This document shows, piece after piece, positions 46,028 to 55,937 of a stretch of DNA of 64,000 nucleotides. A program made the translations under genes and the position numbers. Positions within the stretch are counted from its first letter, which is position 1. Every line of letters begins with the position of its first letter. The DNA is from Patescibacteria group bacterium (GTDB lineage: Bacteria > Patescibacteriota > Minisyncoccia > UBA6257 > GWB1-50-10). The DNA is taken from positions 53,128 to 117,127 of the forward strand of contig JBFLWN010000001.1 of NCBI GenBank assembly GCA_040757555.1, in the 5' to 3' direction. Below the pieces are notes generated by a model. The model made no database searches, had not been told where the DNA came from, and saw nothing but the letters and a program-made list of their open reading frames with translations.

Positions 46028-47476
46028 TTAAATAAAAATAAGTGTATCCCCGATGCGAATATCAATATCACTTTCCGCTAACAGTCCCGCTTCAACTCCC
46101 GTCTCTGCTGATGAGACATCTTTTCTTCCTGACTGAAGATTTAAAATTTTTCCACTTCCAATTAATTTCCCTCCTCTCCATAAATCAAAAGTGCCCTGAT
46201 TTTTCACTGGTCCGAGAATTACTTTTCCTCCTACAATTCGTTCCTTCCCCTTTCCTCCAAATACTCCCAATATTTCAATACTCGGCATTTCCTTCGGATT
46301 CCTTCTTTTTATGTATTCAATCAACTCTTTCTCAAGTTCATAAATGATATCAGACTGAATCATCATCACTTTTTCATTTCGCGCCATATTGAGCGCTGCC
46401 TTATCTACCCTCACTTTAAATCCAAGAATAATTCCATGTGTACTCTGCGCAAATTTTATATCGGTTTCATAAATATCTCCGACACTTGCTGATGCGATAA
46501 TAATCGGCCGATCGCTCGGAATGCGTTCCGCAATTCCCCTTACCGCCTCCAAGGATCCCGCTTCGTCTGCTTTCACCACCAACGAAATAGTTGCTTCTTC
46601 TTTTATATTTTTTCCAAGTCCGGTTTGCACCGATGTATTCCCTACATGAAGTTTTTTTATTTCGTCTCCGCACACAAACTGCTCTCCAACTTCAGGAAGT
46701 GTTTCAAACCCAAGAATAAGTGCAGGGGCACTTGGCACAAGTGATTTTGCTGATTTCCCGAGAAAATCATTTAATATTTTTATCTTTCCCTTTGCACTCT
46801 TTGTGGCGATGACTTCCCCTTGAGATAGTGTTCCGTTTTTCACAATCACTCCCACAATTCCTCCGCGACGCGGATCAAGCTTACTTGTGATCACAACTCC
46901 CGTTGGACTTGCGGACGGATCATATGAGAGATCCTGCATCTCCGATGCGAGGATAACTAAATCCAAAAGATCGTTTACTCCTTCTCCGGTTTTCGCTGAA
47001 ATCGGATGCCACGACACATCTCCTCCAAATCCCTCGAGATACAGTCCAATATTTGCGAGATCGGATTTCGTCTTCTCAATATTCGCGTTTGGTTTATCAA
47101 TTTTATTGATTGCAACAATGCACGTGATATTTTCTTTTTTTATATATTCAAGCGCATTCTGCGTTTGTGGTTTCACCCCATCGTCGGCAGCCACCACGAG
47201 AATTGCGAGATCGGCGATACGCGCACTGTGTTCTCGCATCTTCGAAAATGCCTCATGTCCCGGGGTATCGATAAATGTAATTTTGCTTCCTTTGTGAGTA
47301 ATCTCATACGCCCCAATAGACTGAGTGATTCCTCCTGCCTCCTTTTCTGCCACGGTGGTTTTGCGGATATAATCAAGAAGCGTGGTTTTTCCATGATCCA
47401 CATGTCCCATAACTGCGATGACTGGAGGACGTTTTTCCATGTTTACAACCGTAACAGAGAAAACACATAAATACAA
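46028..47476 (-). CDS. infB: Translation initiation factor IF-2 (short form: G domain to C-terminus only)
   Basis: 'VIAVMGHVDHGKTTLLD' G1, 'DTPGHEAF' G3, 'NKIDK' G4; likely start at MEKRPP (47440). Confidence 0.85.
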   Translation of the reverse strand: MYLCVFSVTVVNMEKRPPVIAVMGHVDHGKTTLLDYIRKTTVAEKEAGGITQSIGAYEITHKGSKITFIDTPGHEAFSKMREHSARIADLAILVVAADDGVKPQTQNALEYIKKENITCIVAINKIDKPNANIEKTKSDLANIGLYLEGFGGDVSWHPISAKTGEGVNDLLDLVILASEMQDLSYDPSASPTGVVITSKLDPRRGGIVGVIVKNGTLSQGEVIATKSAKGKIKILNDFLGKSAKSLVPSAPALILGFETLPEVGEQFVCGDEIKKLHVGNTSVQTGLGKNIKEEATISLVVKADEAGSLEAVRGIAERIPSDRPIIIASASVGDIYETDIKFAQSTHGIILGFKVRVDKAALNMARNEKVMMIQSDIIYELEKELIEYIKRRNPKEMPSIEILGVFGGKGKERIVGGKVILGPVKNQGTFDLWRGGKLIGSGKILNLQSGRKDVSSAETGVEAGLLAESDIDIRIGDTLIFI

Positions 47477-47541
47477 GAAAAACCATAATAAATCTACTTG
47501 AATGCAGATCTGTTTTGCATTATTCTCAATTGGTAAGTCTT

Positions 47542-47628
47542 GGAGGCGTGGCTGAGTGGTTTAAAGCGGCATCCTGCTAAGATGTCGACCGGGAAACCGG
47601 TCCGAAGGTTCGAATCCTTCCGCCTCCG
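47542..47628 (+). tRNA. tRNA-Ser (GCT)
   Basis: Long variable arm; loop CTGCTAA. Confidence 0.85.
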
Positions 47629-47815
47629 CAAGAAAACAGCGCATTTATGTGCTGTTTTTGTATGCGGATGCGGGAGCGAGACAACTGCTTGTCTCGCGTC
47701 CGGATTCGAACGCCGGAGCATGCGCAACTCAGTAGAATTGCACGCGAGGCGGTGGCTAGACAAATTCTCTCTGACGAGAGAGAATTTAGTCAAAGCCGAA
47801 TCCTTCCGCCTCCGC
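47611..47815 (+). repeat. tRNA-Ser(GCT)-linked mini-element C: 168-bp core (includes tRNA terminator hairpin) bounded by 19-bp direct repeats (47611-47629, 47797-47815) = tRNA T-loop/acceptor 3' strand
   Basis: Direct comparison; core homologous to A and B. Confidence 0.8.
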
Positions 47816-47858
47816 CAAAATTAGACCCCATCCGAAAAACAGAAAAGTATAAATAACT

Positions 47859-49175
47859 ATGACAAATACAAGAACAAAAAAACGAAATATAGTCATATTT
47901 CATAAAGTTTTTCCACGTTACAAAATTAACCGAAGTAAAGATGGGAGGGTCGAACGTCAAGAAATTTTTCCAATATCATCTGTAGATGTCCGCAAGTCAT
48001 TTTTAAAATTTAATCTTCATCCAATTTTCTCAGACTTTGAGGAAGAAACAAAACAATCTTTGAGTGGTTTCGGTATAAAATTTGATTCGGGTTTTTTTAG
48101 GAGAGGGAATTCTGAAACAGAGATATTTTTAGGTAATCATATATTGGTAATAGTAGAGAAATATAGTGATTTCGGAAGCACGCTTCTGCAAATAGTATTT
48201 TGTTATGATTCTGAAAAAAAATATCATGCCGTCTTGGCGGCAATCAGGCGATTAAAAAATTTCAGAGGTCTGAAAGAGGGTACTTATTTTGAGTCAGCAA
48301 TGAAACAAAAACTCGACGAAGTGTTAAAGAATGATAGTCCTAACGGAAAAACAATTAAGAACACAAAGTTGAAGAAAATATTTACCGTTATGGAAAAGGA
48401 CTCCAACAAAGATATCATAAAAAAAATAGTCAAAAATTTGGGGATAACATCACTCTCAGATGTTAAAGATAATATTATTAATAGTTTTGAAAGCGAAGAT
48501 GATAAAAAAATCGCCGAGAATCTCCTAAACAACCAATTTTTATTTACGAAACAATATAGATTACGGTGCAAGGATTGTAATTGGATATTTACTGATTTCA
48601 CTTATAGAAACTTTAGTGAGGCACAAAGCGTAATTAAGAAAGGAAGATACACTTGCTCTCGGCGTCGATGCCCACGAAAATTAAATGAGTTGGTTCCAGT
48701 AGAAGTATTTTCTGTGCAGTCTGATGCAGTGCGTTGTCTGGGGGGTGTTTGGTTAGAAAAGTATTTCAACGACATTATACATAAAAGGACAAAATATAGT
48801 TGGGCTGGGAAAATGAACGAAGATGATGAGTTAGATAACGTCTTCGTATTCGCTGAAAAGATTTTTCTTGTCGAATGTAAAGATACCTCCTTTGGGATGT
48901 CCGACCTTTATTCAATCATGATAAAAGCAAAAAATATGGAAGCCGATAGAATTCTGATCATAACAACTCAAAATATTAACAAAAATGTTTCTAATAAAAT
49001 CAAGGAATTGAATAAAGAGGGAGAATACAACATCTCCACTATCGTGGATTTACCAAACAAGATAGAGACAAAACTAGACGATATATTATCTAAGGATCGG
49101 GACCTGTTTTTTGAGCAGATTCTGGTTGGTAGTAGATCAAGACCAAGGATTAATCTTCCTTACCTTCTTGATTAA
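47859..49175 (+). CDS. Hypothetical protein with internal zinc ribbon and C-terminal PD-(D/E)xK-like nuclease motif
   Basis: 'CKDCNW...CSRRRCPRK'; 'DNVFVFAEKIFLVECKD' D...ExK pattern. Confidence 0.4.
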   Translation: MTNTRTKKRNIVIFHKVFPRYKINRSKDGRVERQEIFPISSVDVRKSFLKFNLHPIFSDFEEETKQSLSGFGIKFDSGFFRRGNSETEIFLGNHILVIVEKYSDFGSTLLQIVFCYDSEKKYHAVLAAIRRLKNFRGLKEGTYFESAMKQKLDEVLKNDSPNGKTIKNTKLKKIFTVMEKDSNKDIIKKIVKNLGITSLSDVKDNIINSFESEDDKKIAENLLNNQFLFTKQYRLRCKDCNWIFTDFTYRNFSEAQSVIKKGRYTCSRRRCPRKLNELVPVEVFSVQSDAVRCLGGVWLEKYFNDIIHKRTKYSWAGKMNEDDELDNVFVFAEKIFLVECKDTSFGMSDLYSIMIKAKNMEADRILIITTQNINKNVSNKIKELNKEGEYNISTIVDLPNKIETKLDDILSKDRDLFFEQILVGSRSRPRINLPYLLD

Positions 49176-49296
49176 ATCCCAATTAATTTAAAATCCCCAA
49201 CTAACACCGCACTTGTCGCGGTGTTATCTTTTTTCTTGACACTCCTCCCCGACTCCCCCTATAGTACAATCAGCCACTTAACTTAGCGGAGAAGTA

Positions 49297-49563
49297 ATGC
49301 CCACAACAGATGAATATCTCGTGAAAACTGTAAAACGCATCGAAAAAGATAAGAAAAAATTCGATGAATTTATTACAACAAAACCTCAGTTCAAAGACAA
49401 AAAGTTCTTCAAGGAATACCGCCTCGGTCTCCCCCAGAAAAGATCTGTCGTTGTTCAATACAATGATGAATTATGGACAGTAAGTTTCGGAAATGGCCCC
49501 GGCTCAAAAATATCAATGAAAAAACTTCAAAGTGCATTGGAATTTCTGCTTTTCCAAAAATAG
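49297..49563 (+). CDS. Hypothetical small protein
   Basis: ORF; terminator hairpin at 49578-49600. Confidence 0.35.
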   Translation: MPTTDEYLVKTVKRIEKDKKKFDEFITTKPQFKDKKFFKEYRLGLPQKRSVVVQYNDELWTVSFGNGPGSKISMKKLQSALEFLLFQK

Positions 49564-49634
49564 TTCCTAAACACAAATCGCCAAAACATCGGCGGTTTTT
49601 TATTGTTTCAAAGAAAACTGATACAATTGAATAC

Positions 49635-50081
49635 ATGAATCCCGTACCGAAACAGATTCTTTATTTGAGAATCCTTTTTCTTATTTTTACCCTCTATTGG
49701 AGCCTCATCGCCTTCTTTTCCCTTGGATTTTTAATTATTGGTGCCGCTGATTCGGGCGCCCCTAATTCCATTTTTATAATCATTTTCTCTCTATTATTTC
49801 TCCTCCCAATTGTTTTTTCCCTCATTTTTCTTTTTGTCATAAAAATACAAAAGAAGTGGATTCATCTCACCGCTCTTTATTTTTTTACACTCTTTGAACT
49901 TTTTCTTCTCCCCGGCGCATTTTCAGAATTACAAACAAACCAATTCCCCGAATATTTCATTGGAATCATCCCGCTCATCATTTCGTGGCAAAAACTAATC
50001 GCATTCATTTTAATCGGTGTAATTCTTTCCCTACTCCTCAAAAAACAAGTCCGAGAATATTATCTCAATAAACAAGTATAG
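49635..50081 (+). CDS. Hypothetical polytopic membrane protein
   Basis: 4 TM; start at MNPVPK; terminator 50088-50125. Confidence 0.4.
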   Translation: MNPVPKQILYLRILFLIFTLYWSLIAFFSLGFLIIGAADSGAPNSIFIIIFSLLFLLPIVFSLIFLFVIKIQKKWIHLTALYFFTLFELFLLPGAFSELQTNQFPEYFIGIIPLIISWQKLIAFILIGVILSLLLKKQVREYYLNKQV

Positions 50082-50122
50082 GTATACAAATCAATAAAAA
50101 AACCGCCATTATCGGCGGTTTT

Positions 50123-50992
50123 TTATTTCTTCAATTCCTCAAAAATATTTTTTATATATTCCGCTCGCTCGGGCGTCCACTTGATGAATATATCTTGCCC
50201 TGGATAAAACCATATTAACTTCACCCCACTCACCGCAACGTTTTTTATCTGCATCGCCACTTGTTGTGGTGTCGGCCAATCGATTAATCCATGTCCCCCG
50301 ATACTCGAAATAATATCAACATATTTTCCCTTCATCCCCTCCTCATACAATAATCGGGCGTGGGTTTGCACAATTGGTTGTATTTCAAATCCATCGTTTT
50401 GCATTCTTTCCACAAGTCGGCGTTGTGTGCCATATATTTTGAGTGGCCCCATGATCGGATAGGTATCGGGCTGAAATCCTATTTCTTTCAAATTGGGAAT
50501 ATTAAGAAGTTCCTCATATGTCCCCGTTCTCGGTGTGGCAATAAATATTTTTTTATCGGGAAATTTTTCTTTACTCCACGTGATCCATTTTTCAATATCG
50601 GTATTTTTGTAGTTTGCTTTATGCACGTGTGGTTCGTCGAGAAAAAAACCCTCAACCACTTTATTTCCGCCAAATTTTTCCATTCTCATAAAATCATCGG
50701 GATGAAGTGTTCCTGCGCTGATATATACCATAAGACCATTTTTCTCCGCTTCACTGAGTCTCCTCATGGCATCTTCTTCGCTATAACTTCCAATAAGTAC
50801 GTAATCAATTCCCAATGATTTAAATTCCTTGTAATACTCAGTATCATCCGCGGGGAGAAACCCAAATTTTAAATCGGGAGAAATGGTGTTTTTATACGGA
50901 CGCTCAAAAAGATAGAGAAATAAAAATATGCCCGCCACACAAGAGAACACAATCAACAGAATAAGGGTTTTCTTTTTCATTGTCTTTCTCAA
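50123..50992 (-). CDS. Hypothetical membrane-anchored extracytoplasmic protein
   Basis: N-terminal TM; no diagnostic motif. Confidence 0.35.
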   Translation of the reverse strand: MRKTMKKKTLILLIVFSCVAGIFLFLYLFERPYKNTISPDLKFGFLPADDTEYYKEFKSLGIDYVLIGSYSEEDAMRRLSEAEKNGLMVYISAGTLHPDDFMRMEKFGGNKVVEGFFLDEPHVHKANYKNTDIEKWITWSKEKFPDKKIFIATPRTGTYEELLNIPNLKEIGFQPDTYPIMGPLKIYGTQRRLVERMQNDGFEIQPIVQTHARLLYEEGMKGKYVDIISSIGGHGLIDWPTPQQVAMQIKNVAVSGVKLIWFYPGQDIFIKWTPERAEYIKNIFEELKK

Positions 50993-51074
50993 TTATACCA
51001 CCCACTCTAACACTTAGCGCACATATAAAAAACTGCTACAATTATATGTATGAATCCCGTTAACAATTAACTAT

Positions 51075-52130
51075 ATGAACACCGAAAAAAGAGTTATTAA
51101 AACAATCAAAAATGTCATGCCTGCGGTGGTAACTATTGTGATTAAAAAAAGTCTTGAGGAGGTAAAAAAGGATTTAAAAGCGGAACAAGCGAGCACAAAA
51201 AATATGCTCGATAAAATTGATGTATTCTCTATTCCAAAAGATAAAATTGACTCTCACGGCATGGTGCAAATCGACGGAGGCTCGGGTTTTATTGTTGATA
51301 AAAAGGGAATTGTGCTCACTAATAAACATGTAATTAGTGATTTGGGTGCTGAATACACCGTTATCATGAATAATAACGAAGAATATAAGGCGACACTCCT
51401 TGCACGCGACCCGGTTGATGATGTGGCAATACTTAAAATTGAATCTCCGAAAAAACTTCCCACTCTTGAGTTTGGTAATTCACAAGTGGTACAAATCGGA
51501 CAAACCGTGCTTGCGTTTGGAAATGCGCTTGGGATATTTCAAAATACCGTTTCTATGGGAATTATTTCGGGCCTTTCACGTTCCATTCTCGCACACCCCG
51601 ATCCAAAAGCTCCCGCACAAGAGATGAGAGGACTCATTCAAACTGATGCCGCGATTAATCCAGGAAATTCAGGGGGACCTCTCACTGATATCTACGGACG
51701 CGTCATCGGTATTAATGCCGCAATTGTTTCAGATGCCGAAAACATCAGTCTCGCTATTCCAATAAATTCCGCGATAAGAGATCTGGAGGATATAAAAAAA
51801 TATGGGAAAATCAGACGTCCTCTTCTTGGACTTCATTATCTTATTTTAGGAAACGATCTCGCCGAAAAACTCCGTCTCCCTGTTTCCTACGGGGCGATTG
51901 TGATGCGCGAACACCCAATGGAAAAGGCAATTATTCCCGAAAGCCCCGCAGAAGACGCAGGACTTAAAGAGAATGATATTATTCTCGAATGGAATGGAGA
52001 AAAAATTACTACCGAGAAAACAATTCTTGATTTCCTTGAAACCCAAAACGTGGGCGATTCCGTAAAACTAAAAGTGTTCCGCGATGAAAAAGAAATTAAT
52101 CTCACGCTTATACTCGGCGAAAGAAAATAG
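51075..52130 (+). CDS. htrA: HtrA/DegP family serine protease with PDZ domain
   Basis: 'GNSGGPL' catalytic Ser motif, His/Asp upstream, C-terminal PDZ. Confidence 0.85.
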   Translation: MNTEKRVIKTIKNVMPAVVTIVIKKSLEEVKKDLKAEQASTKNMLDKIDVFSIPKDKIDSHGMVQIDGGSGFIVDKKGIVLTNKHVISDLGAEYTVIMNNNEEYKATLLARDPVDDVAILKIESPKKLPTLEFGNSQVVQIGQTVLAFGNALGIFQNTVSMGIISGLSRSILAHPDPKAPAQEMRGLIQTDAAINPGNSGGPLTDIYGRVIGINAAIVSDAENISLAIPINSAIRDLEDIKKYGKIRRPLLGLHYLILGNDLAEKLRLPVSYGAIVMREHPMEKAIIPESPAEDAGLKENDIILEWNGEKITTEKTILDFLETQNVGDSVKLKVFRDEKEINLTLILGERK

Positions 52131-52187
52131 ATTCCCTGATTTAAAATTCGAAATCTAAAATTATTAAAAACTCCCTTAAGGGAGTTT

Positions 52188-53129
52188 TTAATATGTGTAT
52201 TCATCCACTAAGAGTCCGTTTCGGTCATAAAGGAGTATCCGATCGTGATCTCTATCAAAAGAAAATTGCTGATCTATCCATGCGCGCCATTCAGTCGAAA
52301 AGAAATCGGGTTGATTTTTGTATTTTGAATAACACCCCCCATAATTTAACGAATTAAGATATGCACTACATCCCGCATCTTCGGATAAGGAGAATTGATT
52401 TTTTTCATTTGAAGACGGTTCGCGACATGTTCCTAATGAATAAATGAATGATTGACATTTCCCCGAGAATGAAACCATTGTGGTCCTATCTGCCGATGGA
52501 CAATTGTTAGGAAGTGCAGGAGAAAATGTATATGAATTATTTAAATATCCGATACACTTGTTCAAACGAAAGTTTTGGTTATTTGGACTCCTCCCGCTAT
52601 ATACCACAAGATATTCTCCTTTTTTCAAAAGAATATCAGACACCTGAGGAGACCCTTGTATTCCGTAGTCCGCAATTCCCCGAGGAACAAATATTTCTGC
52701 TCCTCTATTTCCTTTTATCTTCCAATCAGTCACATTCGCCGCATCTTCGAGCGCATAATCAGTGCGAAGGGTGAATTGTGCCTGAGAATAGGAATCATAC
52801 GCACGCGTTACATTTTCGAGCCTAACTTTATCGTAATAGGGAGAAAGTTGTGAAAGTGAAAATCCAGTAGGAGGTACAATAACTGGTTTTTCCGGCTCGC
52901 GCTGGGGAGGAATAACTTCTTTTTGACGAGCCTCTTCAAGGGCTTTTTGCGCATCTTCATGTGCAGGATTCGAAAAACCCAAATTTAACTTGAATCCCCC
53001 CGTCGAACTTGAATTTGAAAATGCCGGAAATAACTTTGAAAACTGAAGATCGCTTTTTGTATTGGTGAACGCCAAATACGCGCCAACCACTACCACGAGA
53101 GCAACAATAACATAAATAATATATTTCAT
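52188..53129 (-). CDS. Hypothetical secreted protein
   Basis: N-terminal TM/signal; Cys-containing C-terminal half. Confidence 0.35.
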   Translation of the reverse strand: MKYIIYVIVALVVVVGAYLAFTNTKSDLQFSKLFPAFSNSSSTGGFKLNLGFSNPAHEDAQKALEEARQKEVIPPQREPEKPVIVPPTGFSLSQLSPYYDKVRLENVTRAYDSYSQAQFTLRTDYALEDAANVTDWKIKGNRGAEIFVPRGIADYGIQGSPQVSDILLKKGEYLVVYSGRSPNNQNFRLNKCIGYLNNSYTFSPALPNNCPSADRTTMVSFSGKCQSFIYSLGTCREPSSNEKNQFSLSEDAGCSAYLNSLNYGGCYSKYKNQPDFFSTEWRAWIDQQFSFDRDHDRILLYDRNGLLVDEYTY

Positions 53130-53146
53130 CTTATCTATTAATCATA

Positions 53147-55540
53147 TCAAACGACGATATTAATAATCTTTCCCGGAACGTAGATAAATTTCTTTATCGT
53201 TTTTCCCTCAGTATATGATTTTACCTTTTCATTCATAAGCGCTAGACGCTCCATTTCTTCCTGTGGGATATTCTTTGCCACCTCAATCTGTCCGCGTACT
53301 TTTCCATTCACTTGCACTACAACCATAAAGAGATCTTTTTCGACAAGGGTCGCATCAAATACGGGCCACGCCGAAGTATGAATTGAATTTTCATTTCCAA
53401 GTTCGTGCCACAATTCTTCTGCGATATGCGGAGTAAGTGGCGCGAGAAGTTTCAAAAATATTTCTTTCGTTTCTCTGCTTATTTTTTTATTCTCTATTTG
53501 ATTTAAAAGAATCATAAGTGCTGAAACAACGGTGTTAAATTTAAACACTTCAATGTCTTCACCCACTTTCTTTATTGTTTCATGAAGTGCACCCCTCACC
53601 ATACTCTCTTCCTCACCCTCATTCTCTTTTGATTGAAAAAGTTTATATACTCGCTCAAGAAATCTACTTACTCCCAAAATCCCTCGCTCGTTCCAACTTA
53701 CCGTTGCTTCATGTGGACCTAAGAAAAGTTCATACATACGAAGTGCGTCGGCGCCGAATTCTTTTACAATTGCGTCTGGGTTTGCGACATTCCCACGACT
53801 CTTCGACATCTTCTCTCCGTCGGCACCAAGAATAATTCCGTGAGGAATTCTTCTTTTATAGGGCTCGGGTGTTGGAACAAATTTTTCATCATATAAAAAT
53901 TCGTGCCAAAACCGTGAATATAGTAAATGAAGGGTAGTGTGTTCCATTCCTCCGAAATATACATCCACCGGAAGCCATCGCTTCAATAACTCTTCTCCTG
54001 CAAATTCTTTTTCATTCTTTGGGTCAGTGTAACGGAGATAATACCACGAACTTCCCGCCCACTGGGGCATTGTATTTGTTTCACGTTTTCCGGAACCTCC
54101 ACATTTCGGACATGTTGTATTTACCCATGACTCAATCGCGGCAAGCGGTGATTCACCGGTTCCTGTTGGTTCATATTTTTTTACCTCAGGGAGTGTCACG
54201 GGAAGTTCTTCTTCCGGAACGGGGACAATTCCGCATTTTTCGCAGTGAATAAGAGGAATTGGTTCTCCCCAATAGCGCTGTCTCGAAAACACCCAATCAC
54301 GAAGACGATACTGAACTTGTTTTTTTCCTTTTACAAATTCCGTTATTTTTTCTTTTGCTTCCTCAATTGATAGCCCATTAAATTTCTTCGAATTCACGAG
54401 TACACCATCGCCCACATATGCTTCGTGGAGTGGTTCGGAAATTTTTCCATCCGAGATAACAATTTTTATTGGCAACTCAAATTTCTTTGCAAATTCAAAA
54501 TCACGTTCATCATGTGCGGGCACCGCCATAATTGCCCCCGTGCCATATCCTGAAAGTACATAGTCCGCAGCAAAAATTGGAATTTCTTCATTGTTTACCG
54601 GATTGATCGCTTTTATTCCTTTCAACTCCACGCCGGTCTTTTCTTTGTTTTCTATTCGTTCTTCTTCGGACTTATTTTTTGTCTCTGTAATATATTTCTC
54701 TACATCACTAAAATTTGAGATTTGAGATTTTAATTTTGAGACAATTTCGTGTTCCGGCGCCACCACCATATATGTCGCACCGAACAATGTGTCGGGCCTT
54801 GTGGTAAATACTTTTAACCAGAACTCGGAATTTAAAATTTTAAATTCTATTTCGGCTCCTTCTGAACGACCAATCCAATTTTCCTGCTGTATTTTTATTT
54901 TATTTTCCCACTCGAGTGTCTTTAATCCTTGAAGTAATTTTTCCGCATATGCGGTGATTTTCAGATACCATTGCCGCAATTCTTTTTTTTCTACCGTTGT
55001 TCCACATCGTTCACATATTCCTCCTTCTACCTCCTCATTTGCTAAACCCGTCTTACAACTCGGACACCAATTGATTAACCCCTTCGCCTCATATGCTAAT
55101 CCTGCTTTAAAAAGTTTTAAAAAAATCCACTGCGTCCATTTGTAGTAATTCGGGTCGGTAGTGTTCACTTCGCGGGACCAATCAAATCCCATCCCCCAAC
55201 TCTTGAGTTGTACTTTCGCGTTCGCAATGTTTTTTGCCGTCGAGATAGATGGATGTATTCCTTTTTTGATCGCAAAATTTTCCGCAGGTAATCCAAATGC
55301 ATCCCATCCAATCGGATACATCACTTCATATCCTTTCATCCTCAAAAGTCTGCTATACGTATCACCCGCAACATAAGGACGTAAATGACCCATGTGCAAT
55401 CCCTCTCCGGATGGATAGGGAAATTCTATGAGAACATATTTTTTTTCTTTTTTACTTTTATCATCAGCGATATACGTGCCATCTTTCTCCCATATATCCT
55501 GCCATTTTCGCTCGATTTTTGAGGGATCGTATTTCTTCAT
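53147..55540 (-). CDS. leuS: Leucine--tRNA ligase
   Basis: 'HMGHLRPY' HIGH, 'KMSKS', CP1 editing domain length. Confidence 0.9.
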   Translation of the reverse strand: MKKYDPSKIERKWQDIWEKDGTYIADDKSKKEKKYVLIEFPYPSGEGLHMGHLRPYVAGDTYSRLLRMKGYEVMYPIGWDAFGLPAENFAIKKGIHPSISTAKNIANAKVQLKSWGMGFDWSREVNTTDPNYYKWTQWIFLKLFKAGLAYEAKGLINWCPSCKTGLANEEVEGGICERCGTTVEKKELRQWYLKITAYAEKLLQGLKTLEWENKIKIQQENWIGRSEGAEIEFKILNSEFWLKVFTTRPDTLFGATYMVVAPEHEIVSKLKSQISNFSDVEKYITETKNKSEEERIENKEKTGVELKGIKAINPVNNEEIPIFAADYVLSGYGTGAIMAVPAHDERDFEFAKKFELPIKIVISDGKISEPLHEAYVGDGVLVNSKKFNGLSIEEAKEKITEFVKGKKQVQYRLRDWVFSRQRYWGEPIPLIHCEKCGIVPVPEEELPVTLPEVKKYEPTGTGESPLAAIESWVNTTCPKCGGSGKRETNTMPQWAGSSWYYLRYTDPKNEKEFAGEELLKRWLPVDVYFGGMEHTTLHLLYSRFWHEFLYDEKFVPTPEPYKRRIPHGIILGADGEKMSKSRGNVANPDAIVKEFGADALRMYELFLGPHEATVSWNERGILGVSRFLERVYKLFQSKENEGEEESMVRGALHETIKKVGEDIEVFKFNTVVSALMILLNQIENKKISRETKEIFLKLLAPLTPHIAEELWHELGNENSIHTSAWPVFDATLVEKDLFMVVVQVNGKVRGQIEVAKNIPQEEMERLALMNEKVKSYTEGKTIKKFIYVPGKIINIVV

Positions 55541-55937
55541 ATTGTTTTATAGTAATTCAAAAAACCCATTATCTCAATAAATTCTCCGCACAACCGCAAA
55601 GGGTGTATAATAAAATCAGATCATTTTTGGCGGTCAGCTAATATAATGAAATGTGCCTGTAGTTTAAGGTAAAACCAACTTTACGGCCCCGCCACAATAT
55701 ATAAAACCCTCCCCTATTCGAGGGTTTTTCTTTATTCTCTTGAACTTAAAAAGTATAGGGGTATCATGTAAATTCTGATGCGTTCGTTGAAAATATGAGA
55801 CAGTATATGTGGTGCGCGTCCACGCCAATACTGTACGACGGAAAAAATTTTTCCGGAAAACAGGGTAACACCTGCAAAAAATATTGTTCGCCTCTGTGCG
55901 AATAAAACAAATTAACCCCTCTCGCGAGGGGTTCCTT

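Noticed and set aside
47494-47856. ORFs 47494-47793, 47540-47824, 47647-47856 over tRNA-Ser(GCT) and element C
   Set aside because: They overlap the tRNA and the structured repeat, so they are not coding.
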